DNA of 64,000 nt, taken from Obrimoposthia wandeli (Eukaryota). Shown in pieces: positions 44,601 through 53,567 of the stretch. Where the stretch lies: NCBI GenBank assembly GCA_977020255.1, contig CDROCS010000506.1, forward strand, positions 1,922,001-1,986,000, read 5' to 3'. Position numbers and translations under genes: made by a program. The notes under the pieces are model-generated. The model saw nothing but the letters and a program-made list of their open reading frames with translations. It made no database searches and was not told the DNA's origin. How positions within the stretch are numbered: position 1 is the stretch's first letter; every line of letters starts with the position of its first letter.

Positions 44601-46046
44601 ATCTAACTGACCTTCAAAGTTTTGGCTATCACTAAAACCACCACCAAAACTATCTTGCTCTTGCCCAATAACAACCGCATTAGGATGTGTTACTGACAAC
44701 CGTCCATTTTTAACACCATCATCACAATCTTGCGGAAAACCATCAATGAACAAGCATACTTGCTTCTTGATTCGTGTAAGAACTAAATGGTGCCACTCAC
44801 CATCAGTTAGTTCTTTGTTACTACTCAACTCTTCGCTTTCACCCCGAACCTTTATGTAAACGGTCTTATTGTCTCTTAGAAAAATCTCTAACTCATCATC
44901 ACTCGTCTTATTTCCTAAAGCATGAAATATCTCTTGTTGGGATTTACTTACCGAGGTTTTAAACCAAACAGCTATTGAAAAGTCATTTAAACCATCTACA
45001 GCGCCACTGGGGACATCTACCCAGTCACTGGTATTATCTGTGCTTAAATCAAGTGATGAATTGATCACAGCATCGTTGAAAGGCGCTGAAATACTATTAG
45101 AAGTGCCATTGAAATTACCTGTTTGATCAATAACATCCCCCGCTAATCCGGTGTAGCTACATTCATCAAAACGGTATTCTAATTTAGGAACGGGCAAAGT
45201 CGAATCATCAATACTACAAAAATCATTAAAGTTAGCAGATTCAATACTATCAGGTGCATATTTGACGGCGGCGTTAGAATCTAACTTCATATCTTTGCCA
45301 TTAATAGCTCCTGTAAAATCACTTGGGCTTTTAAGTGACACCGTTTTTTCTGTATAAATAAAACCTTTAAAATTAGCATTACTGCCAAATTTGATATCAT
45401 CATATGCAATTAATACAAGCTGGTCAGGAGAACCATTAACATTAAAGTAAGTAGGTGACCGTTCAAACTCAGGATCTTTAATGATTAAAGTCACTTTATC
45501 GTCAGCATTAATAATAATCTGAGTTTTCGAGCCAATACTAAGTTTTTCGATCCAATAAACACCTTCATCGAAGATAAGCGTTGTTTCAGAATTCGTTGAG
45601 ACTAACTCTTTAATTTTTGCCGAGCTGTTATTTACTTTAAAATGTGCAGTAGCTCGGAAAGCCAGTTCAATCTTGTCGTAGTTACCCTGAAAATTACGAG
45701 TCTGCTCTTGTCCTACTGTACGGTCTCGGATTGAATTAGATTGCTTGAATGATGGTAAATTCAATGACTGAGATCGTCGTTCTGAATCTTTACAGGTATA
45801 GCCATTACAGCTAGGCGGGCTATTCTCATTTTGCTCAATGCCAATATTAAGATTTCCCTCTATAGTCCCACTCAGCGCGACACCCCAGTTGAGTTCAGCC
45901 TCTCCATCGCTGTAAGGAGATGATAAAACCGTAGGAAAAACATCAATACAACTAACTGCCATTGCATTTACCGAGGTCAATAAAAGCAGGCTCGTGACGG
46001 CTATTTTTAGGCTTAATAAACTCGTCTTTACCATATTGGTCATCAT
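41643..46046 (-). CDS. MshQ-like (DUF6701-type) pilus-associated adhesin with two LamG-like domains
   Basis: Signal peptide; two LEYRFDE-initiated ConA/LamG modules (WHHLVLTR, WHHVVLTR, GQLDE); DHFEIEHDGHGLTC, GRFTP, RFGRL and ATFGLFRGNDRVIY typical of the MshQ C-terminus. Confidence 0.8.
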   Translation of the reverse strand: MMTNMVKTSLLSLKIAVTSLLLLTSVNAMAVSCIDVFPTVLSSPYSDGEAELNWGVALSGTIEGNLNIGIEQNENSPPSCNGYTCKDSERRSQSLNLPSFKQSNSIRDRTVGQEQTRNFQGNYDKIELAFRATAHFKVNNSSAKIKELVSTNSETTLIFDEGVYWIEKLSIGSKTQIIINADDKVTLIIKDPEFERSPTYFNVNGSPDQLVLIAYDDIKFGSNANFKGFIYTEKTVSLKSPSDFTGAINGKDMKLDSNAAVKYAPDSIESANFNDFCSIDDSTLPVPKLEYRFDECSYTGLAGDVIDQTGNFNGTSNSISAPFNDAVINSSLDLSTDNTSDWVDVPSGAVDGLNDFSIAVWFKTSVSKSQQEIFHALGNKTSDDELEIFLRDNKTVYIKVRGESEELSSNKELTDGEWHHLVLTRIKKQVCLFIDGFPQDCDDGVKNGRLSVTHPNAVVIGQEQDSFGGGFSDSQNFEGQLDEFKIFDEKLSSTQISNIYNNELAGRNYDDFINQRAPESCSIAIPELEYRFDEVSWNGTDDEVNNNLSSGPDGKAYGNTTTTKNTEGQICRAGNFGGSGDYIDVSGINEYLKNSASLSFWIKTNQSGNNTAWQAPGILGVEQIGTGNDIFWGYLDGSGRIGIKKGNGAAAVSSSNVNDNKWHHVVLTRNIDDNVVEVFVDGVRGPNGRVQSESGVVSTTFSSIGRIENREQNNNDNNGISKYFIGQLDELLVYKSVLSQSDVSFIYDNQNNKRNYDGSTDRFCPSEPSIIDHFEIEHDGHGLTCDAESIRIKACTDASCSEENLSTKSVTLDVLADGEIIGSPNFTGSTTVSFNHTTAETLTFTIANSNTTPSNPLKCNGSTGSACEIKFEKAGFRFLYNNKTIIPPQISGLVFGETLQIQAVKDSKGVCKGIFTGLINVNLSQKNITPDNTNPGLSFQINKDTNIAKTPAYTPGVSLNFGVDSIAEIRTPRYNDAGEISLYANYTVALAEGTEGAEFNGVTLSGISNSFWVRPAKLVASAKSAGSDLNGDTATAAKIHAAGDDFEFIVSAYNAADPAVITPNYSPGQIQLNLTRTAPALSDSVDGRFTYAPSKTVARNAGFQDVTLDTFSSGTSTYLEAKYSEVGLFNLDIQDRDYGNAGLTISADAINVGRFTPKYFQQTITEHGHLSATCGAATRFAYSGQTKESDASIGAISYLVNPVLAITAYNSQGNVTENYLGDFMKLIASGVSITSPTQDEAAIGVNNNRLPLTAHMQGEGTVSSNDLTVLPSVVALPKGVLHYEFSDDDNFIYSRSNNALVAPFTADIDFAITSISDTDSVNLRAGMTVDASPAGVEIRFGRLVLQNSFGPEGTDLAQLLQVEHFDGRVFTVSTDNNCLSYDDGKLSSSPDIDTLGGSGTFVSGETRNIQLDAQDADSSGSINVSYDTYDWLEFDWDNIAGYDDPSAIATFGLFRGNDRVIYRRVIN

Positions 46047-46265
46047 CTTTATCTCTTACATTGTGCCGACCAATAAGGTTCGAGCTACGATAAATTTAAG
46101 GCATAATCCATATTACACGGGACTACTAGCCATATTAACAGGCCAAATTAAAACCTGATATGACGCCTTTAAAAAATGCGACATGAACACATTCAAAGGC
46201 CGTTACATCTGGATTTAGCTAAAGCCTTTCGACAATAATTTGTTGATTGTAGAATATTTAAAAGC

Positions 46266-46302
46266 AAAAAGCCCGTAACACACTGAAGCATTACGGGCTT
46301 TT
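46266..46302 (-). terminator. Terminator after the Arg-His tRNA pair
   Basis: AAAAAGCCCGTAA...TTACGGGCTTTT. Confidence 0.8.
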
Positions 46303-46319
46303 CTAAATCTGGTAGATAA

Positions 46320-46396
46320 TGGGGCGACTGAAGGGGATTGAACCCTCGACAACCGGAATCACAATCCGGGGCTCTACCAACTGAGCTACAACCGCC
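46320..46396 (-). tRNA. tRNA-His(GTG), copy 2
   Basis: Identical to 41327-41403. Confidence 0.96.
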
Positions 46397-46434
46397 ATTT
46401 ATCATTCATTACACAACTACTATAATAACTATAG

Positions 46435-46511
46435 TGGTGCGTCCGAGAGGAGTCGAACCTCCGACCTCACCCTCCGGAGGGGCGCGCTCTATCCAACTGA
46501 GCTACGGACGC
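46435..46511 (-). tRNA. tRNA-Arg(CCG)
   Basis: 77 nt, anticodon arm CGCCC-CTCCGGA-GGGTG, encoded CCA. Confidence 0.95.
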
Positions 46512-46752
46512 ATGAATAATATCTTACGTCCAACAGCAAATCTCGTCTAGGCAAATTCGGTTATTCTGCCGGAAAATGTCGTATCACCACCTAGCCTGTA
46601 TCTTTTATAACCAAGTAAAATGCAACAAACACTGTTACAACTATTTAACCTAAGGCTCGGTAAGGATATAATGCCCAGCAGTACTAGGGATTAATTATAA
46701 CAAAAGTCACCCACTGACTAACAATACCATTAATTAGGGAGCTAAAAAGAGC

Positions 46753-47172
46753 ATGCATAAACTACGAAATATTCTAATCACTTTATCAGCATCATTGCTA
46801 TTTGCATTCACAGTGAACGCAGGTCACAACTCTGCTGAATCAATTGCAGAACGTATTGCTCCTGTTGGCCAAGTATACCTTCCAGGTGAACTTGCTCCTG
46901 TTGTTGCTAAGAGTTCAACACCAGCAGCACCACGTACTGGCGAACAAGTTTATACAGCGACTTGTAACATGTGTCACGGTAGTGGTCTTGCAGGCGCTCC
47001 AATTAAAGGTAACGCAGATCAGTGGGCACCACGTATTGCCCAAGGTAAAGCAACATTATATCGCCACGCAATCGAAGGCTTAAATGGTGTAATGCCTCCA
47101 CGTGGTACTTGCTCAACCTGTTCTGATGATGAACTACAGGCAGCTGTTGATTACATGATCCAAGGTCTATAA
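46753..47172 (+). CDS. Cytochrome c5 family protein
   Basis: Signal peptide, AERIAPVGQV, CNMCH heme motif and MPPRG. Confidence 0.9.
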   Translation: MHKLRNILITLSASLLFAFTVNAGHNSAESIAERIAPVGQVYLPGELAPVVAKSSTPAAPRTGEQVYTATCNMCHGSGLAGAPIKGNADQWAPRIAQGKATLYRHAIEGLNGVMPPRGTCSTCSDDELQAAVDYMIQGL

Positions 47173-47243
47173 CACGACCGCAGAGTCATGTTCTAACAAA
47201 AAATTATGACGCTAAGCCGTTATAAGACACAGACTTTCGATAG

Positions 47244-47272
47244 AGCCACTAATTTATTTAGTGGCTTTTTTT
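47244..47272 (+). terminator. Terminator after cytochrome c5
   Basis: AGCCACTAA-loop-TTAGTGGCT followed by a T tract. Confidence 0.8.
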
Positions 47273-47344
47273 GACCCACAGTTATCCACTGCTAGACTTT
47301 ATCACTATAAGACTTCGTTTTTTTAGTGATTAAAGACCATTAGG

Positions 47345-48724
47345 ATGCCAATTGTGAACAAGGACCGTCTTTCAGTACTCCAGCAGCAACCACATAATAC
47401 TAAACTCATCAGTTTGGCGTTGTCTCATTCATTGCGCACCCAGCGAGCTTTATTTATCACGCAGCTAAAATCCGCATTACAGCTATTGCAGCAGACCCAA
47501 CAACGGTTTGTATTATTACTGATAAAAGTGGATAACCTCGCCGAGGTTGAACGCAACTTTGGCAGCGATCTCAGCAATAAATTAATAACCACTATCCGCG
47601 ACCATTTACAGTCATTAACCTCGAGCAATGATTGTTTAGTCAACTTGCAAGGGGATGAATTCGCCTTACTCAAAACAGATATCAGCGATGCAGACAGCGC
47701 GTTAGGCTTAGCCAAAGAGATCCAATCACAGTTTCGTTTTAGCTTCCAGGTTAACCATTATAAAATTCTCTGCAGCAGTAGTATCGGCATTAGCTTACAG
47801 CAAGCGCCACACTCCGTGAGTCAGGTATTAAAAGATGCCGATATCGCGCTAAAAAGTGCGCAACAGCAAGGTTTAGGTCATTATCATTTATCCACCGCGC
47901 TACCAGCTCCAACACAAAACACTCAAGTAATACAACAACAAGAAGAACTCACTCGTGCGATCATTAACAACGATATACAACCTTACTACCAACCGATTAT
48001 TCAATTAAACAGCAATCAGTTAATTGGCTTTGAAGTCATTGCCCATTGGCATGAAGCAGACCCATGTAGTCACAATATTAATGACGGGGATAACAGTGAT
48101 GAGCATAATCGCAACTTTATCTCATTAGCAGAGAACACCGATATTATCATCGCCCTCGATCTGCATATTATTTATCAAGCCTGTTTACAGCTAAAGAAAT
48201 GGCATGACTCGCACGCTGATAATCAACAAATCATGTTAACCATGAACTTATCCGCCAAACACCTGATACTAGATGGTGCTGTCGAACATTTAATTTTCAT
48301 TCTTCAGCAACAAAAAATTCCACCGCATTGCTTGGTGTTCGAATTTAGAGAACACGAGTGCATGGCGCATAATAAATTTGCCATCCGCGCACTGGAAAAG
48401 TTACGCCAAGTCGGTATTCAAGTAGGATTAGATGATTTTGGTAATGGTTTTAGCTCACTCAATGCGTTCTTTAAATATCCCATTGATTTCGTCAAGATAG
48501 ACAGCCATTTTACCAACCGCATGTTGATGTCAAAAAAGGACTTATCCTTGATCCGTGTGATCAGAGATATTAGCCATGATATGGGCTTCAAAGTCATTGT
48601 CGAAGGAATTGAAAATCAGCAGCAACATGCCAAACTCGTGGAGTTAGGTTGTGAGTTTGGTCAAGGTAGTTATATCGCAAAACCAATGGATTATAGGCAG
48701 GTTAATCGCTTACTAGAGATCTAA
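47345..48724 (+). CDS. GGDEF-EAL protein with degenerate GGDEF domain
   Basis: QGDEF; YYQPII, EVIAHW, DDFGNGFSS, KID and EGIE. Confidence 0.85.
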   Translation: MPIVNKDRLSVLQQQPHNTKLISLALSHSLRTQRALFITQLKSALQLLQQTQQRFVLLLIKVDNLAEVERNFGSDLSNKLITTIRDHLQSLTSSNDCLVNLQGDEFALLKTDISDADSALGLAKEIQSQFRFSFQVNHYKILCSSSIGISLQQAPHSVSQVLKDADIALKSAQQQGLGHYHLSTALPAPTQNTQVIQQQEELTRAIINNDIQPYYQPIIQLNSNQLIGFEVIAHWHEADPCSHNINDGDNSDEHNRNFISLAENTDIIIALDLHIIYQACLQLKKWHDSHADNQQIMLTMNLSAKHLILDGAVEHLIFILQQQKIPPHCLVFEFREHECMAHNKFAIRALEKLRQVGIQVGLDDFGNGFSSLNAFFKYPIDFVKIDSHFTNRMLMSKKDLSLIRVIRDISHDMGFKVIVEGIENQQQHAKLVELGCEFGQGSYIAKPMDYRQVNRLLEI

Positions 48725-48789
48725 TAAGCGACCTATTAACGCAAGTAACAGCATTTATTAATGCTACTTATTCACGTTATTTATTAACA

Positions 48790-50805
48790 TTACTTATTAA
48801 AGAGTGCTCTCAGATTGGCGACACCACGTTTACCCTTCGCCTGTTTTTCGACTGGCGAATCAGGTACTTTACGTAAATCCCATTCCAGATCATCTTGCGG
48901 TAACTCTAACAAGAAACGGCTTGGTTCAGGTTTTACCACTTCACCATATTGACGACGCTCTTTGCATAACATCATGAACAAGACTTTTTTCGCGCGGGTG
49001 ATACCCACATACGCTAAACGACGTTCTTCTTCGACATTCGGATCATCATCGATCGAGCTTTGATGCGGCAAGATACCTTCTTCCATCCCCACCATAAACA
49101 CGTACGGATACTCCAGACCTTTAGAAGCATGGTACGTCATCAATTGCACTTGATCAGAATCGTCTTCATCTTCATTACGCTCTAACATGTCACGCAATGT
49201 TAATCGCGTCACCACTTGTGCCAGCGTCATCTCTTCATCAAGATCATCACCTTTGAGCATTTCTGTTACCCAGCGATATAACTCCGAGACATTCTTCATA
49301 CGCATTTCAGCCGCTTTAGCGCTAGTACTGGTTTCGTATAACCAATCTTCATAATGAATATCGCGCACCATATCACGCACAGCATCGATACTATCGCTAC
49401 GCTGCTCTTGGTCTGCTAATTCAACTAACCAACGGGTAAAGCCGCGTACAGCGATTAAACCACGCCCCGTTAATGTCTGCTCAAGTCCCATTTCAAAACT
49501 GGCGGCAAACAAACTGATATTACGTAGGTTGGCGTAATTACCGAGCTTTTCTAATGTTGTCGGGCCGATCTCACGACGCGGCACGTTCACCACACGTAAA
49601 AAGGCATTATCGTCATCCGGATTCACTAATAATCGCAGGTAAGCCATCATGTCTTTGATCTCGGCACGCGAGAAGAACGACGTACCACCACTGATTTTAT
49701 ACGGAATACGGTTGGTCATTAACGCTTTTTCAAATAACCGAGACTGATGGTTACCACGGTATAAGATCGCGTAGTCTTTATATTCGCTGCGCGCCATAAA
49801 TTTATGCGCAAGTATTTCTGAGACTACTTTTTCAGCTTCATGCTCTTCATTTTTAGTAGTGAACACTTTAATCGGTTCACCATAACTCAATTCACTGAAT
49901 AAGCGTTTACTAAACTCATGCGGGTTATTATCAATTAAGATATTGGCCGCTTTTAAAATACGCTGCGTCGAACGATAGTTTTGTTCGAGCTTAACTACTT
50001 TCAAGCCAGGAAAATCACTCTGCAATAACGTCAGGTTTTCAGGTCGGGCACCACGCCATGAATAAATCGACTGGTCATCATCCCCTACCACGGTAAATTT
50101 AGCGCGGTGGCCAACGATCAGTTTCACCAATTCATATTGGCTGGTATTAGTGTCTTGGTACTCATCCACTAATAAATAACGGATCTTGTTTTGCCAGCGT
50201 TCACGCACCTCTTCATTCAAGCGTAGTAACAAGGTTGGCATCATGATCAGATCATCAAAATCCAAGGCGTTATAAGCTTTCATATGGCGGAGGTAATCGT
50301 CGTAACACTGGGCAAATAATTTGTCTTGTGGCATCTGTGCTCGGGCAATTGCTTGCGGCGGCAATACCAACTCATTCTTCCAATTCGAAATAGCGCTGCG
50401 TAATTGGTCGATAAGTTCTTTATCTTCTTCTAACGTATCTTGTGTCAGCTCTTTTAATAATGCCAACTGGTCTTGATCGTCAAACAAGGTAAATGCCTGT
50501 TTGATACCCAAGGTTTTATATTCTTTACGAATAATATTTAACCCTAAGGTATGAAATGTTGAAACCATCAAGCCTTTTGCTTCTTTTTTACCTAATGTCT
50601 GAGCGATACGCTCTTTCATCTCGCGCGCGGCTTTATTGGTAAACGTTACCGCGGCAATATTCTTGGCATCATAACTACAGTTCTGTACTAGGTGGGCAAT
50701 TTTGGTGGTAATAACACGGGTTTTACCACTGCCGGCACCAGCGAGTACCAAACATGGACCAGAAATATATTTAACAGCTTCATCCTGACGGGGATTCATT
50801 TTCAT
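48790..50805 (-). CDS. rep: ATP-dependent DNA helicase Rep
   Basis: [26 protein letters not shown] and EERRLAYV; Rep-length protein. Confidence 0.95.
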   Translation of the reverse strand: MKMNPRQDEAVKYISGPCLVLAGAGSGKTRVITTKIAHLVQNCSYDAKNIAAVTFTNKAAREMKERIAQTLGKKEAKGLMVSTFHTLGLNIIRKEYKTLGIKQAFTLFDDQDQLALLKELTQDTLEEDKELIDQLRSAISNWKNELVLPPQAIARAQMPQDKLFAQCYDDYLRHMKAYNALDFDDLIMMPTLLLRLNEEVRERWQNKIRYLLVDEYQDTNTSQYELVKLIVGHRAKFTVVGDDDQSIYSWRGARPENLTLLQSDFPGLKVVKLEQNYRSTQRILKAANILIDNNPHEFSKRLFSELSYGEPIKVFTTKNEEHEAEKVVSEILAHKFMARSEYKDYAILYRGNHQSRLFEKALMTNRIPYKISGGTSFFSRAEIKDMMAYLRLLVNPDDDNAFLRVVNVPRREIGPTTLEKLGNYANLRNISLFAASFEMGLEQTLTGRGLIAVRGFTRWLVELADQEQRSDSIDAVRDMVRDIHYEDWLYETSTSAKAAEMRMKNVSELYRWVTEMLKGDDLDEEMTLAQVVTRLTLRDMLERNEDEDDSDQVQLMTYHASKGLEYPYVFMVGMEEGILPHQSSIDDDPNVEEERRLAYVGITRAKKVLFMMLCKERRQYGEVVKPEPSRFLLELPQDDLEWDLRKVPDSPVEKQAKGKRGVANLRALFNK

Positions 50806-50872
50806 AGCGATAACACCAGACTAAAACATGAGGGAAAGAGGTAGAGATTAGATTGTAGCAAAATTTGCATAC

Positions 50873-50905
50873 AAAAATGCCAGTTATAAATAACTGGCAT
50901 TTTTT
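50873..50905 (-). terminator. Terminator after rpmBG
   Basis: AAAAATGCCAGTTA-TAAA-TAACTGGCATTTTT. Confidence 0.85.
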
Positions 50906-50929
50906 ATACATCAAAAACGCAATCAAGTA

Positions 50930-51085
50930 TTACTTGATTTTGCCTTCTTTGTAGATAACGTGCTTACGAACAACTGGATCAAACTTTTTGATTTCCATTT
51001 TTTCAGGCATGTTTTTTTTGTTCTTATCTGTAGTATAGAAATGACCTGTACCAGCAGATGAATTCAAACGAATTTTATCGCGCAT
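50930..51085 (-). CDS. rpmG: 50S ribosomal protein L33
   Basis: Manual translation [51 protein letters not shown]; below the track length cutoff. Confidence 0.96.
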   Translation of the reverse strand: MRDKIRLNSSAGTGHFYTTDKNKKNMPEKMEIKKFDPVVRKHVIYKEGKIK

Positions 51086-51096
51086 AATCTAGTTCC

Positions 51097-51333
51097 TTAA
51101 ACCTTAACACCACGGGCACGCATTTCAGTTAAAACTGAATCAATACCTTTCTTATCGATAATACGCATACCTTTAGCAGTAAGACGTAATTTAACAAAGC
51201 GATTTTCGCTCTCAACCCAAAAACGGTGTGTATGTAGGTTTGGCAAGAAACGGCGACGTGTGCGGTTTTTTGCGTGAGAAACGTTGTTACCAACAGCTGG
51301 TTTTTTACCAGTGACTTGGCATACTTTAGACAT
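51097..51333 (-). CDS. rpmB: 50S ribosomal protein L28
   Basis: [33 protein letters not shown]; start set at 51333. Confidence 0.97.
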   Translation of the reverse strand: MSKVCQVTGKKPAVGNNVSHAKNRTRRRFLPNLHTHRFWVESENRFVKLRLTAKGMRIIDKKGIDSVLTEMRARGVKV

Positions 51334-51681
51334 AGTGTGCTCCAATAACTTCAAATATAAGTGTCTACATAGTCGCATTTGAAGCTACTAGGTATACTTT
51401 TAAAGCTCGGTTTATACAGTAAAGCCAGACACAAATCAATAATAGTGCAAAATATCACCATCTTTAATCACACACAAAACGCGCTAAAAACAGGCTGCAG
51501 CGGTGGCTTTCTGAACACAAACGCCAAAAAACAGTTTAATACGCAAAAAAAAGGTCAAAAACAAGCAATAAAAATTAAATCATAATAATTGCAAAAAGTA
51601 TTTCAATTCGCTGAAATGCACAAATGCGTAAGCCGTTATTTCAGGTTATAATCCCCACTCCTTGATAGTGAGTTTACCACC

Positions 51682-52902
51682 ATGCTTAGCGATATTGAAT
51701 TAATTAACCTCAGACAATTGTTCCCCGTATTATCCCAACAAGTAAACGATCACCCGTTAATTTATTTGGACAATGCAGCCACCAGTCAAAAGCCATTATG
51801 TGTGCTTGAGGCAATTAATACTTATTATCGTGATATCAATGCCAATGTCCATCGCGCATCGCATGCATTAAGCGCACAAGCGACGTCGGCTTATGAAAAT
51901 GCCCGAGATATCTGCGCGCAGTTTATCAATGCCAATAGCAGTAAAGAGATCATCTGGACCCGCGGAACCACCGAAGCCATTAATTTAATCGCAAACTGCT
52001 TAACCACCAGTATTCAAGCTGGCGACGAGATCATCATTTCGACCTTAGAGCATCACGCCAATATAGTGCCTTGGCAAATGTTAGCACAACGCACAGGCGC
52101 GATTATCAAAGTTATCCCGTTATTACCGTCTACAGACCTCGATATGCAGGCCTATAAACAGCTCCTAAGCGCTAAAACCAAGTTAGTGGCAGTCAGCCAT
52201 GTATCCAATGCAATCGGCACGGTGAACCCGATTGAGGAGATCATCGCATTAGCCAAGCAAGTCGGCGCTAAGGTATTAATCGACGGCGCTCAAGCTATTT
52301 CGCACTGGCATGTTGACGTACAAGCGCTAGGGTGTGATTTTTATGTGTTCTCTGGACATAAAATGTATGGCCCAACCGGTATCGGCGTGCTTTGGGGTAA
52401 AGAACAAGAACTAAATCAACTACCGCCGTGGCAAGGCGGTGGCGAAATGATTAAAACCGTGAGTTTTGAACATACTACGTATAACGAATTACCGTTTAAA
52501 TTTGAAGCCGGTACCCCGAATATTGCCGGTGCGATTAGCCTAGCCCGCGCCATGACATTTTTAAACAGTTATGACCGTCAGGCATTAGCAAGCCACGAGG
52601 CTGCATTGCTGGCTTACACAACAGCTGAACTAGCAAAGATGCCACGTATTAAAATCATTGGTTCACCGCAACACCGTGCAGGCGGCGTCAGTTTTATTAT
52701 CGGTGACGCCCATAATGGCGATGTCGGTATGCTGCTAGATTTACAAGGTATTGCCGTGCGCACTGGACATCACTGCGCCCAACCCTTGATGCACAGCCTG
52801 AAACTATCCGGCACTATTCGTGTGTCGCTAGCCATTTATAATACCAAAGCAGAAATCGATTTTTTCATTAAAGCATTGAATGAGCTACTCGATTTACTCT
52901 AA
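51682..52902 (+). CDS. csdA: Cysteine desulfurase, CsdA/SufS group
   Basis: YLDNAATSQKP, FSGHKMYGPTG and RTGHHCAQP; csdE and tcdA lie nearby. Confidence 0.88.
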   Translation: MLSDIELINLRQLFPVLSQQVNDHPLIYLDNAATSQKPLCVLEAINTYYRDINANVHRASHALSAQATSAYENARDICAQFINANSSKEIIWTRGTTEAINLIANCLTTSIQAGDEIIISTLEHHANIVPWQMLAQRTGAIIKVIPLLPSTDLDMQAYKQLLSAKTKLVAVSHVSNAIGTVNPIEEIIALAKQVGAKVLIDGAQAISHWHVDVQALGCDFYVFSGHKMYGPTGIGVLWGKEQELNQLPPWQGGGEMIKTVSFEHTTYNELPFKFEAGTPNIAGAISLARAMTFLNSYDRQALASHEAALLAYTTAELAKMPRIKIIGSPQHRAGGVSFIIGDAHNGDVGMLLDLQGIAVRTGHHCAQPLMHSLKLSGTIRVSLAIYNTKAEIDFFIKALNELLDLL

Positions 52903-53137
52903 GTACGCGTTATAAGCGTTCGCTATAAAACGTGAAAAACACAGCCATCTCCGCACATGTACTGAATATGAACAACGCACTCAGATTGTATTCAGTATCA
53001 ATGTTGTTTAATAGCATCATCAACATTGTCTAGAACATTAGATTAAAAATTAATTAGAACGCTGCTGCTACAACGATAACGACAATAGCTGCAGCAATAA
53101 CAACAAACGAAAGCCACCGGTTTTCAGGAGATTTAAG

Positions 53138-53518
53138 ATGCTAAAGAAAACAATTATCGCACTCGCAGCAACGATCGTTATGTTACCAACATTAGCAATG
53201 GCAAAAGGCCATGATGATCACAACAAACAATCGATTCATTACACAGGCCCAGCAATGAACGTTACGACAGTAGCTGAAAACCTAGAAAACATAGGCAGTT
53301 TCAGCGAAGCTAACGTGGTATTAGAAGGTCAGTTAATCCACCAAATCAGCGCAGACAAATACATGTTCGCCGACGCAACAGGCCAAGTTATTGTTGAACT
53401 TGACGATGATATCAAGCTACCAGTAGCCATTGATAACAACACCAAGCTACGCATATTTGGTGAATTTGAAGGTGGCTCGACACCTGAAGTCGAAGTAGAA
53501 AGCATTAAACTTTTATAA
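53138..53518 (+). CDS. Periplasmic BOF/OB-fold protein (YgiW/YdeI/CarO-like)
   Basis: Signal peptide; V.LEG.LI.QI..DKY.FAD.TGQV.VELDDD pattern. Confidence 0.85.
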   Translation: MLKKTIIALAATIVMLPTLAMAKGHDDHNKQSIHYTGPAMNVTTVAENLENIGSFSEANVVLEGQLIHQISADKYMFADATGQVIVELDDDIKLPVAIDNNTKLRIFGEFEGGSTPEVEVESIKLL

Positions 53519-53567
53519 TATCGACGCTTTATAATATCAGGCTTTTATAATACCAAACGTTTATAAA
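53512..53567. repeat. Degenerate 16-bp-period tandem repeat (TTTATAATA core)
   Basis: Core starts at 53512, 53528, 53544 and 53560 (last copy TTTATAAA). Confidence 0.75.

Noticed and set aside
46047-46265. Possible c-di-GMP-I riboswitch in the leader of the MshQ-like gene
   Set aside because: The minus strand has a GAAA loop but lacks the GGCAAA and GACGCAAAGC hallmarks; an Infernal search would settle it
40779-46752. Integrative element or prophage at the tRNA cluster
   Set aside because: No integrase, transposase or partial tRNA 3' duplication seen; only whole-tRNA duplicates
51334-51681. No radC upstream of rpmB, and ORF 51379..51585
   Set aside because: Simple synteny difference; the ORF is low-complexity promoter DNA without an RBS
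53512-53567. CRISPR-like interpretation of the 16-bp repeat
   Set aside because: The 9-nt core and 7-nt linkers are far too short, and no cas genes are present
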